DNA from: an uncultured Chloroflexia bacterium
GTDB lineage: Bacteria > Chloroflexota > Limnocylindria > Limnocylindrales > CSP1-4
Length of the DNA stretch: 64,000 bases
Direction of reading: 5' to 3'
NCBI GenBank assembly: GCA_963813535.1
Contig: CAWEZH010000002.1
Coordinates: forward strand, 1,152,001 to 1,216,000
Shown here: piece by piece, positions 1-11,446 of the stretch
How the letters are laid out: each line of letters starts with the position of its first letter
How positions within the stretch are numbered: the stretch's first letter is position 1
Notes under the pieces: generated by a model
Database searches by the model: none
Told to the model about the DNA's origin: nothing
What the model saw: the letters and a program-made list of their open reading frames with translations, nothing else
Made by a program: the position numbers and the translations under genes

Positions 1-522
1 TCCGGCGGCCACCGCCGCGAGCCGCTCCCCTGTCCCGACGTCCGGGTCGTCGAAGAGGACCACGACGGGACTGGTGTTCACCCCCGTCGCCCGGAGCAGC
101 TTGTACCGGTCCTCCTTCGGGCCACTGAGCGTCCGCTCGTGCGGCAGCACCCCCGACTCGGGTCCGTAGGGCTCCAGCCCGAGCCGAGCGAAGAACCCTC
201 GCTGGACCCGATCGGTGACGGTCCCGGGGACGCGATAGCGCTGTTCGTAGACGTACACGGACGGGTGGGGATCCTTGCGCAGGGTCCCATCGGAGCGCCA
301 TGTCGCGAGCGTTCGGGCCGCGCGACGGTAGCGATCATCCGGGCCGTCGCCCAGCTCGTCGGCGGGCAGGTCGAGGCGGACGACGTTGGCCGGATGGCGG
401 GCCACGAGCCGGGCACGCGTCTCCGGATCGATCACGTCGTACGGCGGCGCCATCACTGCAGCGAGGTCGCCCACGCTCGACGGCTCGTAGCGCAGGGCGC
501 GGAAAGGTCGGAGGTCGGGCAC
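1..522 (-). CDS. DUF1015 family protein (5' part; runs off the window start)
   Basis: Not in the ORF track. Manual translation from GTG at 522 gives MPDLRPFRALRY...APPYDVI...VLPHERTLSGPKEDRYKLLRATGVNTSPV, matching DUF1015 hallmark motifs; GAAGGA RBS upstream. Confidence 0.85.
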   Translation of the reverse strand, partial: MPDLRPFRALRYEPSSVGDLAAVMAPPYDVIDPETRARLVARHPANVVRLDLPADELGDGPDDRYRRAARTLATWRSDGTLRKDPHPSVYVYEQRYRVPGTVTDRVQRGFFARLGLEPYGPESGVLPHERTLSGPKEDRYKLLRATGVNTSPVVVLFDDPDVGTGERLAAVAAG

Positions 523-708
523 GGATCCTTCGGGATGACGGCACGCAGCCTGCGGCTCTGGGGACCGCCTCATCGTACGATACGTCCCGTACGGACGGGG
601 ACGGGCTGTCGGCGCCCCGACAACCTGCCCATCGGACGCAACTTTCACCGTGGGTCGGGCGTCCTTGCTGCGTCCATCCTCCCGCCTGACGGCAGCATCG
701 GAGTCCGC

Positions 709-3204
709 GTGTCTCATCAACGCTCGACGAGAGTCCCGGTCGCCGCGCGCCTGTTGCGCGTCGTGGCGGCAGCCGCCCTCGTCGGTGCGCTCGTCGGGCT
801 CCCGGGCGGCGTCAGCGCGGCACCGTTCGCCGCGGTCACCCCGCCACCTGGTCTCACGATGGAGGCGACTGTCCTCCTCGACGGTCACGCACGCGTCGGG
901 GCATGGATGGCCATCGACGTCCGCCTCAAGAACGACGGGCCGCCCATCACCGGTGAGCTGCGGCTCACCGGTGGGACGCAGGGCCGGACCCGGTTCGGGA
1001 CCCTGGTCGAGGCACCCACCCAGTCGGACCAGACCCATCGCCTGTACGCCCAGCCACCGGGCTTCGGGCGCGAACTCGAGATCAGCCTCGTGAGCGGCGC
1101 CGACACGATCGCCACGACCAAGGCGGCCTTCACGATCCACGACGGGACCCAGATGGTCGTCGCCATCGTGGCCGAGCGACCCGGCGACGTCATCGGCGAT
1201 CTCGACCTGCTGCCCAACGTCAACAACGTCAAGCCGTTGACCGTCGGCCTCGACCCGGCCGACCTGCCGACCCGCGTCGAGGCGTGGAGCGCGGTGGACC
1301 GGCTGATCTGGCAGGACGTCGATTCGAACCAGCTCAGCCCCGAGCAGCTCGATGCGATCCGCGGCTGGGTCGCCGGCGGTGGACGGCTGATCATCGCCGG
1401 TGGGACGGCCGGACCATCCAGCCTGTCGGCGTTCCCCGACGCGATCCTGCCCTATCGCCCGACGACGACCACCGATGTCGCACCCTCGTCACTCGTCGCG
1501 CTGCTCGGCGAGCTGCCCGACGGGGCGACCGACCTTCCGGCCCTGTCTGGGGAGCTCATCGCGGGCCGGTCGCTCGCCACGGTCGGCGGCGAGACGGTCG
1601 CCGCGGAACGAACGTATGGCGCCGGAGCGGTCACCATCATCGGCTTCGATCCGACGACGCGCTGGCTCACCGGCACGAGCATCGCCGAGGGGCTGTGGCG
1701 GCGCCTGATCCCGACCCGAGCCGCGGGTACGGCGACGACCGGCGACGACAGCCAGATCGTCCAGGCTGCTGCGCAGCTCCCCTCGCTCGCCCTGCCGCCG
1801 GTCGGTGGGCTCGTGGGACTGCTCGCGGTGTACATCCTGCTGATCGGGCCGATCAACTACTTCGTGCTCAAGCGTCTCGACAAGCGCGAATGGGCGTGGG
1901 TGACGATGCCGGTGCTGATCGTGACCTTCGCGGCCGTCGCGTACGGCGTCGGGTCCGCCCTGCGCGGCAGCGACATCATCGTCAACGAGGCCGCGATCGT
2001 CCGCGGTGCCCCAGGCGTCACCGAGGGTCTCGCCCAGACGTATCTCGGTGTCTTCTCACCGACCCGCGGCGCGTACCAGCTGCGCATCCCGGGTGGCGCG
2101 CTGCTGTCGTCGCCGACCAATGGCGACTTCATCGGCGACGGCACGGCAGCAAGCCTCGACGTGCTCCAGGGCGATCCGTCCCGCGTCCGCGACCTCAGCG
2201 TCGGCTTCGGCTCGTTGCGCACGATCCGGGCCGAGAGCTCGGTGAAGACCGTCCCCCTCGTCCAGGCCGACCTTCGCCTCGAGGATGGCCGGCTGCGGGG
2301 CACCGTGACGAATGCCTCGGAGGAGGTCCTCCAGGCACCTGCCGTCGTGCTCGGTGGCACGGTCGCCAAGCTGTCCGACATGGCTCCCGGCCAGACCGTG
2401 AACGTCGACGTCGCGCTCCAGGCCATCCAGCAGGGTCAGCAGCTGTCGGACAAGATCGTCGGCCCGCTGTTCTTCGGCGATCCGCGGCAGGCGGGTGAGG
2501 GTTCGGCCCGCCAGTACGCCCGCCACACCATCATCGACCAGCTCACGTTCGACCCGAACTGGGGGTTCACGGGCCAGTTGCCGGCCGACGGCGCCGTCGT
2601 GCTGGCGTGGTCCGATCGCGAGCTCCTGCCGGTCGAGATCGAGGGGCAGGTCGCTCGCCGCACCGCCAACGTCCTGTGGTTCCTGCCGGCCGACATCTCG
2701 GTCAGTGGCAAGACCACGTTCCGCCAGGATCTGCTGCGGAACACGGTCGTGTCCAGCGATGCCGCGTTCTTCAACAAGGACCCGTTCAACATCAGCTTCG
2801 GAAAGGGCAAGGCCGAACTGTCCTATCGACCCATCTCCTTCGAGGGCACGATCGATACCAGCCAGCTGGCGATGGGCTTCAACTTCGGGGAGTTCGGCGT
2901 CCCGATCGATCCCAAGCCCATCAAGCCGCTCGACACGATCCCGGTCGCGTGTGGCGACAAGCCCGTCGCAGGGTGCGTCCAGGCGGTGTTCGACGGTATG
3001 CCCGAGGTCGAGCTGTACGACCTGACGACTGCCGCCTGGCGGCGTCTCCCGCACCTGGCGAGCGGCTCACGCTACGCGGTGGCCGACCCAGCGAACTACG
3101 TCGACAAGACGACGGGCACGGTCCTTGTGCGCTTCATCAATGATTCCGGAGACTGGGTCGGTTTCAATCTCGACCTCTCGATCACCGGGGATATCCGACC
3201 ATGA
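709..3204 (+). CDS. Large secreted/membrane protein: signal peptide, Ig-like plus class-I GATase-like extracellular region, two central TM helices; first gene of the MoxR/vWA operon
   Basis: ORF 139..3204; likely start GTG 709 after GGAG. Hydrophobic N-terminus, 'WVAGGGRLII' GATase-like motif, TM pair 'YILLIGPINYFVLKRLDKREWAWVTMPV'. Confidence 0.75.
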   Translation: MSHQRSTRVPVAARLLRVVAAAALVGALVGLPGGVSAAPFAAVTPPPGLTMEATVLLDGHARVGAWMAIDVRLKNDGPPITGELRLTGGTQGRTRFGTLVEAPTQSDQTHRLYAQPPGFGRELEISLVSGADTIATTKAAFTIHDGTQMVVAIVAERPGDVIGDLDLLPNVNNVKPLTVGLDPADLPTRVEAWSAVDRLIWQDVDSNQLSPEQLDAIRGWVAGGGRLIIAGGTAGPSSLSAFPDAILPYRPTTTTDVAPSSLVALLGELPDGATDLPALSGELIAGRSLATVGGETVAAERTYGAGAVTIIGFDPTTRWLTGTSIAEGLWRRLIPTRAAGTATTGDDSQIVQAAAQLPSLALPPVGGLVGLLAVYILLIGPINYFVLKRLDKREWAWVTMPVLIVTFAAVAYGVGSALRGSDIIVNEAAIVRGAPGVTEGLAQTYLGVFSPTRGAYQLRIPGGALLSSPTNGDFIGDGTAASLDVLQGDPSRVRDLSVGFGSLRTIRAESSVKTVPLVQADLRLEDGRLRGTVTNASEEVLQAPAVVLGGTVAKLSDMAPGQTVNVDVALQAIQQGQQLSDKIVGPLFFGDPRQAGEGSARQYARHTIIDQLTFDPNWGFTGQLPADGAVVLAWSDRELLPVEIEGQVARRTANVLWFLPADISVSGKTTFRQDLLRNTVVSSDAAFFNKDPFNISFGKGKAELSYRPISFEGTIDTSQLAMGFNFGEFGVPIDPKPIKPLDTIPVACGDKPVAGCVQAVFDGMPEVELYDLTTAAWRRLPHLASGSRYAVADPANYVDKTTGTVLVRFINDSGDWVGFNLDLSITGDIRP

Positions 3205-4163
3205 GCGAGATCGTCCGCACCGACGGCCTGGTCAAGCGCTATGACGGCACGCTGGCCGTCGCCGGCGTCGACCTGTCCGTGGAGTCCGGCGAGATCTTCG
3301 GACTGGTCGGCCCCAACGGCGCGGGCAAGACGACCACGCTGCGCATCCTTGCGACGCTCCTCGCCCCGTCGGCCGGTACCGCAGAGATCGCCGGGATGTC
3401 GGTGACCCGGAACCCGGACCATGTCCGCCGCGTCATCGGGTTCATGCCGGACGCGTTCGGTGTCTACGACGACATGAAGGTCTGGGAGTACCTCGATTTC
3501 TTCGCTCGCTGCTATGGCATCCCTCCGGCCGCGAGACGTCGGGTGATCACCGACCTGCTCGAGCTGGTCGACCTAGCCGCGAAGCGGGATCAGTACGTCC
3601 AGACGCTGTCGCGCGGCATGCAGCAGCGACTGTGCCTCGCCCATGCGCTCGTCCACGATCCGCAGGTGCTGCTCCTCGACGAGCCTGCCTCGGGCCTCGA
3701 TCCTCGGGCCCGGGTCGAGCTGCGCGAGCTGCTGCGGGAGCTCCGCGCGATGGGCAAGACGATCCTCATCAGCAGCCACATCCTTCCCGAGCTCGAGGAG
3801 CTGTGCACCAGCGTCGCGATCATCGATCGCGGCCAGGTGCTGGCCCAGGGTCGGGTCGCCGAGATCGAGAAGCGCCTCCGCTTCGGGGCGGTGCTCCGGG
3901 TGAAGGTGCTCCTCGAGGGCGAGGCCCTCGAAGCCGCGCGCGAGCGGCTCGCGGCCGACGCCGATGTCGCTTCCGCCGTGGTGCTCGAGGACGGCACGAT
4001 CGAGCTCGGGTTCCGCGGCGATGACGAGGCGACTGCCCGCTTGCTGGCATCATCGGTGGCGTCCGGCATGCCGGTCGTGAGCTTCTCCCGGGCGGCAAGC
4101 GACCTCGAGGAGCTGTTCCTGCAGGTCACATCCCCCGACCAAGAACCCGTCGCCGCGGCGTAG
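3201..4163 (+). CDS. ABC transporter ATP-binding protein
   Basis: Walker A GPNGAGKTT, signature LSRGMQQR, Walker B LLLDEP, H-loop SSH; ATGA overlap with upstream gene. Confidence 0.95.
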   Translation: MSEIVRTDGLVKRYDGTLAVAGVDLSVESGEIFGLVGPNGAGKTTTLRILATLLAPSAGTAEIAGMSVTRNPDHVRRVIGFMPDAFGVYDDMKVWEYLDFFARCYGIPPAARRRVITDLLELVDLAAKRDQYVQTLSRGMQQRLCLAHALVHDPQVLLLDEPASGLDPRARVELRELLRELRAMGKTILISSHILPELEELCTSVAIIDRGQVLAQGRVAEIEKRLRFGAVLRVKVLLEGEALEAARERLAADADVASAVVLEDGTIELGFRGDDEATARLLASSVASGMPVVSFSRAASDLEELFLQVTSPDQEPVAAA

Positions 4164-4172
4164 GAGCGCGAT

Positions 4173-5346
4173 ATGGCCGAGATCACCGCCGCGCCGCCCC
4201 GACCGACAGGCCCGCGTTTCGGCGCGTTCGCACGCACGGTCGGAGGCATCGCCGCGATCGGCGTCAAGGAGCTCCGCGGGCGGATGCGCGGCCGGCGCGC
4301 CTTCGTGATCCTCACCATCTATCTGCTGCTGCTTGCCGGCTTCGCGCTCATGGTCGAGCGGGTCATGGAAACGATGTTCGAGAACCCGTTCGCCGGGACG
4401 TCGGCGACGGCCAGCCCGACCATCGGCCAGGGCATCTTCGCGGCACTGCTGCTCCTGATGACCCTCCAGGTCGTCTTCCTGGCGCCGGCATCGACCGCGG
4501 GCGCGATCTCGCTCGAGCGCGAGAAGCAGACCCTCGAATTGCTCACCACGACGCCCATCAGCTCGCTGGCGATCGTCGTCGGCAAGCTGCTGTCGGCACT
4601 CGTCTACGTGTTCCTGCTCATCGCCGCGTCTATCCCGTTGATGGCAGTGGTCTTCGTCTTCGGTGGTGTCGGCCCCGAGGACGTCGTCCGCGGCTACATC
4701 GTGCTGATCGTCACCGCACTCGGCCTGGGCTCGTTCGGGTTGCTCTGCTCCAGCATCGTCAAGCGGACGACGGCAGCCACCGCCATCACGATCTTCGGCG
4801 TCCTCGCGATCACGATCGGGACGGTGTTCCTGCTGGTCTTCTGGCAAGCGATGGGCTCGTTCGATGCGAACGGGAACCGGCGGCCCGGTCCGCTCGGCAT
4901 CCGGACGCCCACGCCGCTCGCCTGGGTCAACCCCTTCATGGCGCAGCTCGACGTGCTGTGCGGTACCGAATTCGACGTTCGGCGGCGGATGGTGCGGCGT
5001 CGTCAACGGTTTGGTGCCGACGACCGACGGTGTCGTCTTCAACGACGGGGGCGGGGGCGTCCCCATGCCGGCCCCGATGCCGGTCGCGATCCCCGAGAAG
5101 GGCATGATGCCGGGCGCGGACGGCGCGGCCGTCATCGACGACGTCGGGGTGGCACGTGAGTTCGCCCCCGGCGACGTCGTGGCCGAGCAGCCGTTCGGCG
5201 TCCAGCGCGACACCCTGTGGACCAAGACCGTGGCGATGTGGCTCGGACTGTCGGTCCTGTTCCTGGTGCTCTCGGTCCAGGCGGTCTCGCCGACGCGGCG
5301 ATGGCGGATCCGGCGCCCCTCGAGACACCGGAGTTCGCCGTCATGA
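4173..5346 (+). CDS. ABC-2 type permease (one +1 frameshift near 4971 in this sequence)
   Basis: 'KELRGRMRGRRAF' and 'AISLEREKQTLELLTTTP' motifs with multiple TMs. The C-terminus with its last TM (TLWTKTVAMWLGLSVLFLVLSV) continues in the 4864..5346 frame and ends in ATGA overlap with the next gene. Confidence 0.85.
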
Positions 5347-7262
5347 CGCTCGGACTCCGCCAGGTCGCGAGCTGGCCGGCACGTTGGCGGACGCCGACGG
5401 AACCGGTCGTGGAGCCGCCCGACCCGCGCCAGGCGCTGTCGGGCCCGCTCGATCCGTCGCTCGAGGCGATCCGCGCCGAATTGGCGTCGCATCGTCGCCG
5501 GTTGTGGACACGCCGCATCGTGCGTCGCACGTGGATGGCGGTCGCCGCGATCGCCATCGGCGAAGCCGCGCTGTGGACGGTGGCCCGGTTCGTACCCCTC
5601 GAGGCAGCCCCGATCATCGCGGCCGCCATCCCCATGGCGGTGGCGCTGGTCCTGCTCGTGTTCGTCCTTCGCGCACGGCCGTCGCTCGGTGCGACCGCCC
5701 TGGCAGTCGACGTCGAGGGCGGCCTTGGCGACCGCGTCTCGTCGGCGCTGGAGCTGGCGGTCGGGTTCCCCGGATCAGCCACCCCACCCGCCGACGACCT
5801 CGATCTGGACGCGTCGGTCGCTGCCGTCGATGAGCTCGCCGAAACGGATCGATTCGTCCGCCGACAGCGGCGCGACGCACTCACGAAGTTGCGGACGGCG
5901 CCGGCACTGTTCAAGCCGCGCTTCTCTCGTCATCCGGCGCTCGCCGCCCTGGTGGCGGTCGCGCTGCTCGTGCCGGTCCTCGTCCTGCCGAACCCTCAGT
6001 CCGCGGTCCTCGCCCAGCAGCGGGATGTCCGCGAGGCCGCGGCTCGCCAGGCGGATCGGCTCGACGTCATCGCCCGCGATCTCGAGGACAAGGGCCGGAC
6101 CGCGGAGGATCCACGCACCCGCCTTGCGGAGGAGCTGCGCGAACTGGCTCGTCGACTTCGCTCGCAGCCCGACGACCTTGCTGCCAACCTTCGCCAGCTC
6201 GGTGCCGTCGAAAGCGACATCCGGGCGCGCATCGACCCCGCGACAGAGCAGCGCGCCTCGGCGATGACCTCGCTCTCGCGCTCGCTGTCACGCGCTGCGA
6301 CCGCCAACCCTGACGCCAACCGCGACGGTGATCCGCAGAAGACACGCGAGGATCTCGACAAGCTCGGTGACAAGCTCGACGAGATGACCGACGCGGAGCA
6401 GCGCGAGCTGGCGCGGCAGCTGGCCGAGATGCAGTCGACCGCTTCGAGCGCCGACGGCGGCGCGGCCACCGCTCTCCGGGATGCGGCCCAGAGCCTCGCC
6501 CAGGGGGACACGGCCGGCGCCAAGTCCGCACTCGATCGGCTGGGCGAGGCCATGACCGGGACACAGGCGAATGTCGATACCAACCGCGATCTGGCCGAGG
6601 CGGCGTCGCGCCTTCAGGACGCCCGCCGGGACCTGGCCGATGCCGGGCAGCAGGGGCAGGGCCAGCAGGGGCAGGGCCGGCAGGGTCAGGGCCAAGGTCA
6701 AGGCCAGGGCCAGGGGCAGGGTCAAGGCAGCCCGCAGCCGAGCGGGCAAGGTCAGGGTCAAGGGCAAGGTCAGGGGCAAGGCCAGGGTCAAGGGCAAGGC
6801 CAAGGACAAGGTCAGGGTCAAGGGCAAGGCCAAGGACAAGGTCAGGGGCAAGGCCAAGGCCAAGGACAAGGTCAGGGTCAGGGCCAAGGGTCCATCGGTG
6901 GTGGCGGCTCGAACGCCCGATCGCTGGGCCAGGGCACGGGCGGCAATGCGCGGCCCGGTGCGCCGACCGGTGCCAACCGCGCCGCGCAGCTCGGCGAGGA
7001 CCTGTCTTCGGTCTTCGCGCCGTTCGACCGCGTCGGCAAGCCCGGCGATCCCTCGTACGTCGCAGGGACCGGTGGCGATGGCCAGACCCAGCAGGGAAAT
7101 GGCGTCGGTTCCGGCACCAACAACGGCGTGCTGACGCCGTACCAGCAGGTCTACACCGACTTCCAGGACTACGCACAGACGTCCCTCGACCGCGGCTACG
7201 TGCCGCTGTCGATCAAGGACTACGTGCGCGACTACTTCAGCTCGCTCGACCCGTCCAACTGA
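5343..7262 (+). CDS. Membrane-anchored coiled-coil protein with Gly-Gln repeat tract (DUF4175-like architecture)
   Basis: ATG 5343 overlaps upstream TGA; three N-terminal TMs, 'GLGDRVSSALE' motif, long helical region, (GQ)n tract, C-terminal 'VPLSIKDYVRDYFSSL'. Confidence 0.8.
   Translation: MTLGLRQVASWPARWRTPTEPVVEPPDPRQALSGPLDPSLEAIRAELASHRRRLWTRRIVRRTWMAVAAIAIGEAALWTVARFVPLEAAPIIAAAIPMAVALVLLVFVLRARPSLGATALAVDVEGGLGDRVSSALELAVGFPGSATPPADDLDLDASVAAVDELAETDRFVRRQRRDALTKLRTAPALFKPRFSRHPALAALVAVALLVPVLVLPNPQSAVLAQQRDVREAAARQADRLDVIARDLEDKGRTAEDPRTRLAEELRELARRLRSQPDDLAANLRQLGAVESDIRARIDPATEQRASAMTSLSRSLSRAATANPDANRDGDPQKTREDLDKLGDKLDEMTDAEQRELARQLAEMQSTASSADGGAATALRDAAQSLAQGDTAGAKSALDRLGEAMTGTQANVDTNRDLAEAASRLQDARRDLADAGQQGQGQQGQGRQGQGQGQGQGQGQGQGSPQPSGQGQGQGQGQGQGQGQGQGQGQGQGQGQGQGQGQGQGQGQGQGQGQGQGSIGGGGSNARSLGQGTGGNARPGAPTGANRAAQLGEDLSSVFAPFDRVGKPGDPSYVAGTGGDGQTQQGNGVGSGTNNGVLTPYQQVYTDFQDYAQTSLDRGYVPLSIKDYVRDYFSSLDPSN
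6645..6890 (+). repeat. In-frame 6-bp (GGNCAR) tandem repeat encoding (Gly-Gln)n, with a 30-bp higher-order unit at 6781-6870
   Basis: Directly visible; three near-identical 30-mers g(c/t)cagg...aaggccaaggacaag start at 6781, 6811 and 6841. Confidence 0.95.
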
Positions 7263-7302
7263 GGTCGCCGACCCGTGGTCGGTGGCCGGATCCGGAGGCT
7301 TC

Positions 7303-8316
<1,014 letters not shown>

Positions 8317-8326
8317 TTCCGCGGCC

Positions 8327-9307
8327 ATGACCGAGCGAGCGAGCCTCGATCCGGAGGCCGCGCCGACGGGCGGTGTCGCCACGCCGGCCCGGGCCGGGGA
8401 GCGCCAGCCGTTCCTGCCGAGCGAGGTCGACCCGACCGTCTTCGACGAGGCGTTCCTGCGCCAGCTCGAGCGGCTGCTGCTGATCATGCGCTCGCCCGTA
8501 CGCGGCGGCCTGAAGGGCGGCCGGCGCAGCGTCAAGCGCGGCCAGTCGGTCGAATTCGCGGACTACCGCGAATACACGCTGGGCGACGACCTGCGCCAGC
8601 TCGACTGGAACGTCTACGCCCGCCTGGAGCGGCTCTTCGTGAAGTTGTTCGTCGAGGAGGAGGACGTGACCGTCACGCTCCTCATCGACGCGTCGGCCTC
8701 GATGGCGACGGGCCACCCGTCGAAGCTCGTGTTCGCGAAGCGGGCGGCCGCGGCACTCGGCTACATCGGTCTGGCCAGTGAGGATCGCATCGCCGTCAGC
8801 GCGCTCAGCGGGCGCGTCGCGCGTCGCCGCGCTGCGCTTCGGGGGTCCGGCCGGGTCTTCCGGCTCCTCGGTGACCTATCCGCCATCGAACCGGCCGCCG
8901 GCGTCACCGACCTCGTGGCGGCCGCCCGCCACGCGGCCGCCCAGCTCCATGGCCGCGGCGTCATCGTGCTGCTGAGCGATCTGCTCGACCCGGGTGCCGA
9001 CCGGGTGATCCGCGAGCTGGCAGCGACCGGGTCAGAGCTGATCGTGCTGCACGTGCTCTCGCCCGACGAGCTCGATCCCGTACTCGAGGGCGACCTCCGG
9101 CTGGTCGACACCGAGACGGACGAACGCGTCGACATCACCGCGGACCTGGCCACGATCGATGCGTACAAAACGCGACTGGCGGAGTGGAAGGCGTCGTTCG
9201 CTGATCTCGCCGCCCGTCGCCAGGCGAGCTACGTCGACCTCCCGTCGGACGTGAACCTCGCCGACCTGATGTTCGCCGAGCTCCGGCGCCGGCGCGTGCT
9301 CGGGTAG
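8327..9307 (+). CDS. DUF58 domain protein (MoxR partner)
   Basis: GQSVEFADYREYTLGDDLRQLDWNVYAR; MIDAS-like DASASM. Confidence 0.93.
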   Translation: MTERASLDPEAAPTGGVATPARAGERQPFLPSEVDPTVFDEAFLRQLERLLLIMRSPVRGGLKGGRRSVKRGQSVEFADYREYTLGDDLRQLDWNVYARLERLFVKLFVEEEDVTVTLLIDASASMATGHPSKLVFAKRAAAALGYIGLASEDRIAVSALSGRVARRRAALRGSGRVFRLLGDLSAIEPAAGVTDLVAAARHAAAQLHGRGVIVLLSDLLDPGADRVIRELAATGSELIVLHVLSPDELDPVLEGDLRLVDTETDERVDITADLATIDAYKTRLAEWKASFADLAARRQASYVDLPSDVNLADLMFAELRRRRVLG

Positions 9308-9316
9308 CGGCCACAC

Positions 9317-11446
9317 ATGCCGTTCGCCACCCCGCTCGCGCTGCTCGGCCTGCTGTTCGTACCGGCGGTCATCGCCATGTACCTGCTCAAGCTGCGCCGT
9401 GACGAGGCCGTCGTGCCGTCGACGCTCCTGTGGACGCGCCTCGTGGCCGACGTGGAGGCGAACGCCCCGTGGCAACGCCTGCGGCGGAGCCTCCTGCTGC
9501 TCCTGCAGTTGCTGCTGGTGATCGCGCTCGCGCTCCTCGCTGCCCGTCCGTTCCTCGAGCGGCCGGCCGGGCTCGCGCGCGACATAGTCCTCGTCATGGA
9601 CACGTCGGCCAGCATGGCCGCCACGGACGTCGTCCCGGATCGGCTGACTGCCGCGAAGCAGGTCGCCATCGAGGCCCTCAAGGACCTGCCGACCGGCGGC
9701 AAGGTCAGCCTGATCGCCGCGGACCGGACGGCCCGGATCGTGGTGAACGAGTCGAGCGACCTCGCGCGTGTCCGGCAGGCCATCGAGTCGATCCCGGTCA
9801 CGAAGAGCCGCGGCGACCTCGGAGATGCGCTGGAGCTGGCGTCGAAGCTGGCCGCGAGATCCGGTGACGCACAGGTGCTCGTCGCGACCGATGCGGCGCT
9901 GGCGAGCAAACCGACCGGGCGCGTGGCGGCGCCGGTCAAGGTGCTGTCGGTCGGTCGTGAACGGAAGAATCAGGCGATCGTCGCGCTCGCGGTCAGGACG
10001 TCGCCGTCGGCCGTGACGCGTTCCGTCTTCGTCAGCGTCGCGAATCTCGATCTCGACGCGGCCAGCCGCCGCCTGGAGGTGTGGGGCGACGACCGATTGA
10101 TCGAGGTCCGCGACGTGCAGCTCGATCCGCAGCGCCGGGCCGACGTGATCATCGACGACCTGCCACGCGACGTCGCGACCGTGGAAGTCCGCCTCGTCGG
10201 ATCGGATCCGTCGATCACGGCGCCGCCCGACCAGCTCACCGTCGACGATCGCGCGTGGGCGGTCATCCCGCCCGATCGCCAGCGGCTGATCCTCGTGGTC
10301 GGGCCCGGCGACCCGTACCTCGAGACCGCGCTGTCGTTCCTGCCCGATGTCGAGCTGTACGGCGTGACGCCGGCAGAGTACGGACCGGCGACGGAGCGCA
10401 CGGACGGACGGCCGTGGGACCTCGTGATCTTCGAGGACTACCTGCCGGCGACGCTGCCCAGGACGCCCGTCCTCGCCATCGCACCCCCGCGCACGAGCCC
10501 GCTCGGTGATGTGTCCGGCACGCTGAAGGATCCGGGCATCGGGTCGCTCGATCCCGACGAGCCGGTCCTCCGCTACGTCGACCTGTCCACGACCCACATC
10601 GCCGAGGCGGTCAAGCTCGCGGCGCCCACCTGGGCCCGGACGATCGTGCCCGGCCCACGTGGCGCGCCATTGTTGTACGCCGGGACGCGCGACGGGATCA
10701 ACAGTGCCGTCCTCGCGTTCGAGCCGCGACGCTCCGACCTGCCGCTGCAGGTCGCGTTCCCGATCCTGCTCGCCAATCTGACCGGCGAGCTGCTCGGGTC
10801 GTCGACCGGACCGAGCGAGGCGGTCGACCCGGGCACGCCCGTCGAGCTGCACATCCCCGCGGGCGCCGTCGGACTGACCGTCATCGGCCCCGACGGCGCG
10901 ACCACCCGGATGGCGCCGAGCTCGACGGCGGAGGGCAGCTCCGCAGTCACGTTCGCGGCCACCGACCTGCCCGGCATCTACACGGTGACGCCGATCCCCG
11001 ATCCCGATGCCTCGCCCGAGACGAGCGCCGGTGCGCCGTCGAGTGGCGCCGCCTCCCCTGTCGCATCGGCGACGCCGCGGCAGACGGGCGGAGCGGCTGC
11101 AAGCCCGTCCGGGTCGCCGGCCGTCCAGGATCCGATGGCGCCCGTGCGCTTCGTCGTCGACCTGTTCGACGTCGACAAATCGACGATCGCACCCGGCAGC
11201 GCCGCGACCATCGAGGTGCTCGGGACGACCGGCGGCGCGGAGTCACCCCAGCCCGGGGCGAGCGCTGCACCGGGCACGCCGGTGACGGAACGACCCACCA
11301 CCCGCGACGAGCTGTGGGTGCCGATCGTCCTGCTGATCCTTACCGTGTTGTGCGTCGAGTGGGCGCTCTTCCACCGTGACGGCCTGATCCGGCTCCGCCG
11401 GCTCCTCGGCGATCGGCTGGCGCGTGGCACCGGGACGGGTCCCTGA
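9317..11446 (+). CDS. BatA N-terminal double-TM plus vWA domain protein
   Basis: N-terminal 'PFATPLALLGLLFVPAVIAMYLLK...PSTLLW...LAARP'; MIDAS DTSASM; C-terminal TM 'ELWVPIVLLILTVLCVEW'. Confidence 0.88.
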   Translation: MPFATPLALLGLLFVPAVIAMYLLKLRRDEAVVPSTLLWTRLVADVEANAPWQRLRRSLLLLLQLLLVIALALLAARPFLERPAGLARDIVLVMDTSASMAATDVVPDRLTAAKQVAIEALKDLPTGGKVSLIAADRTARIVVNESSDLARVRQAIESIPVTKSRGDLGDALELASKLAARSGDAQVLVATDAALASKPTGRVAAPVKVLSVGRERKNQAIVALAVRTSPSAVTRSVFVSVANLDLDAASRRLEVWGDDRLIEVRDVQLDPQRRADVIIDDLPRDVATVEVRLVGSDPSITAPPDQLTVDDRAWAVIPPDRQRLILVVGPGDPYLETALSFLPDVELYGVTPAEYGPATERTDGRPWDLVIFEDYLPATLPRTPVLAIAPPRTSPLGDVSGTLKDPGIGSLDPDEPVLRYVDLSTTHIAEAVKLAAPTWARTIVPGPRGAPLLYAGTRDGINSAVLAFEPRRSDLPLQVAFPILLANLTGELLGSSTGPSEAVDPGTPVELHIPAGAVGLTVIGPDGATTRMAPSSTAEGSSAVTFAATDLPGIYTVTPIPDPDASPETSAGAPSSGAASPVASATPRQTGGAAASPSGSPAVQDPMAPVRFVVDLFDVDKSTIAPGSAATIEVLGTTGGAESPQPGASAAPGTPVTERPTTRDELWVPIVLLILTVLCVEWALFHRDGLIRLRRLLGDRLARGTGTGP

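Noticed and set aside
139-708. N-terminal 190 aa of the 1021-aa ORF
   Set aside because: Largely antisense to the DUF1015 gene; RBS and signal peptide support the start at 709
6645-6890. Tandem repeat as a CRISPR array
   Set aside because: No unique spacers; it is an in-frame codon repeat and there are no cas genes
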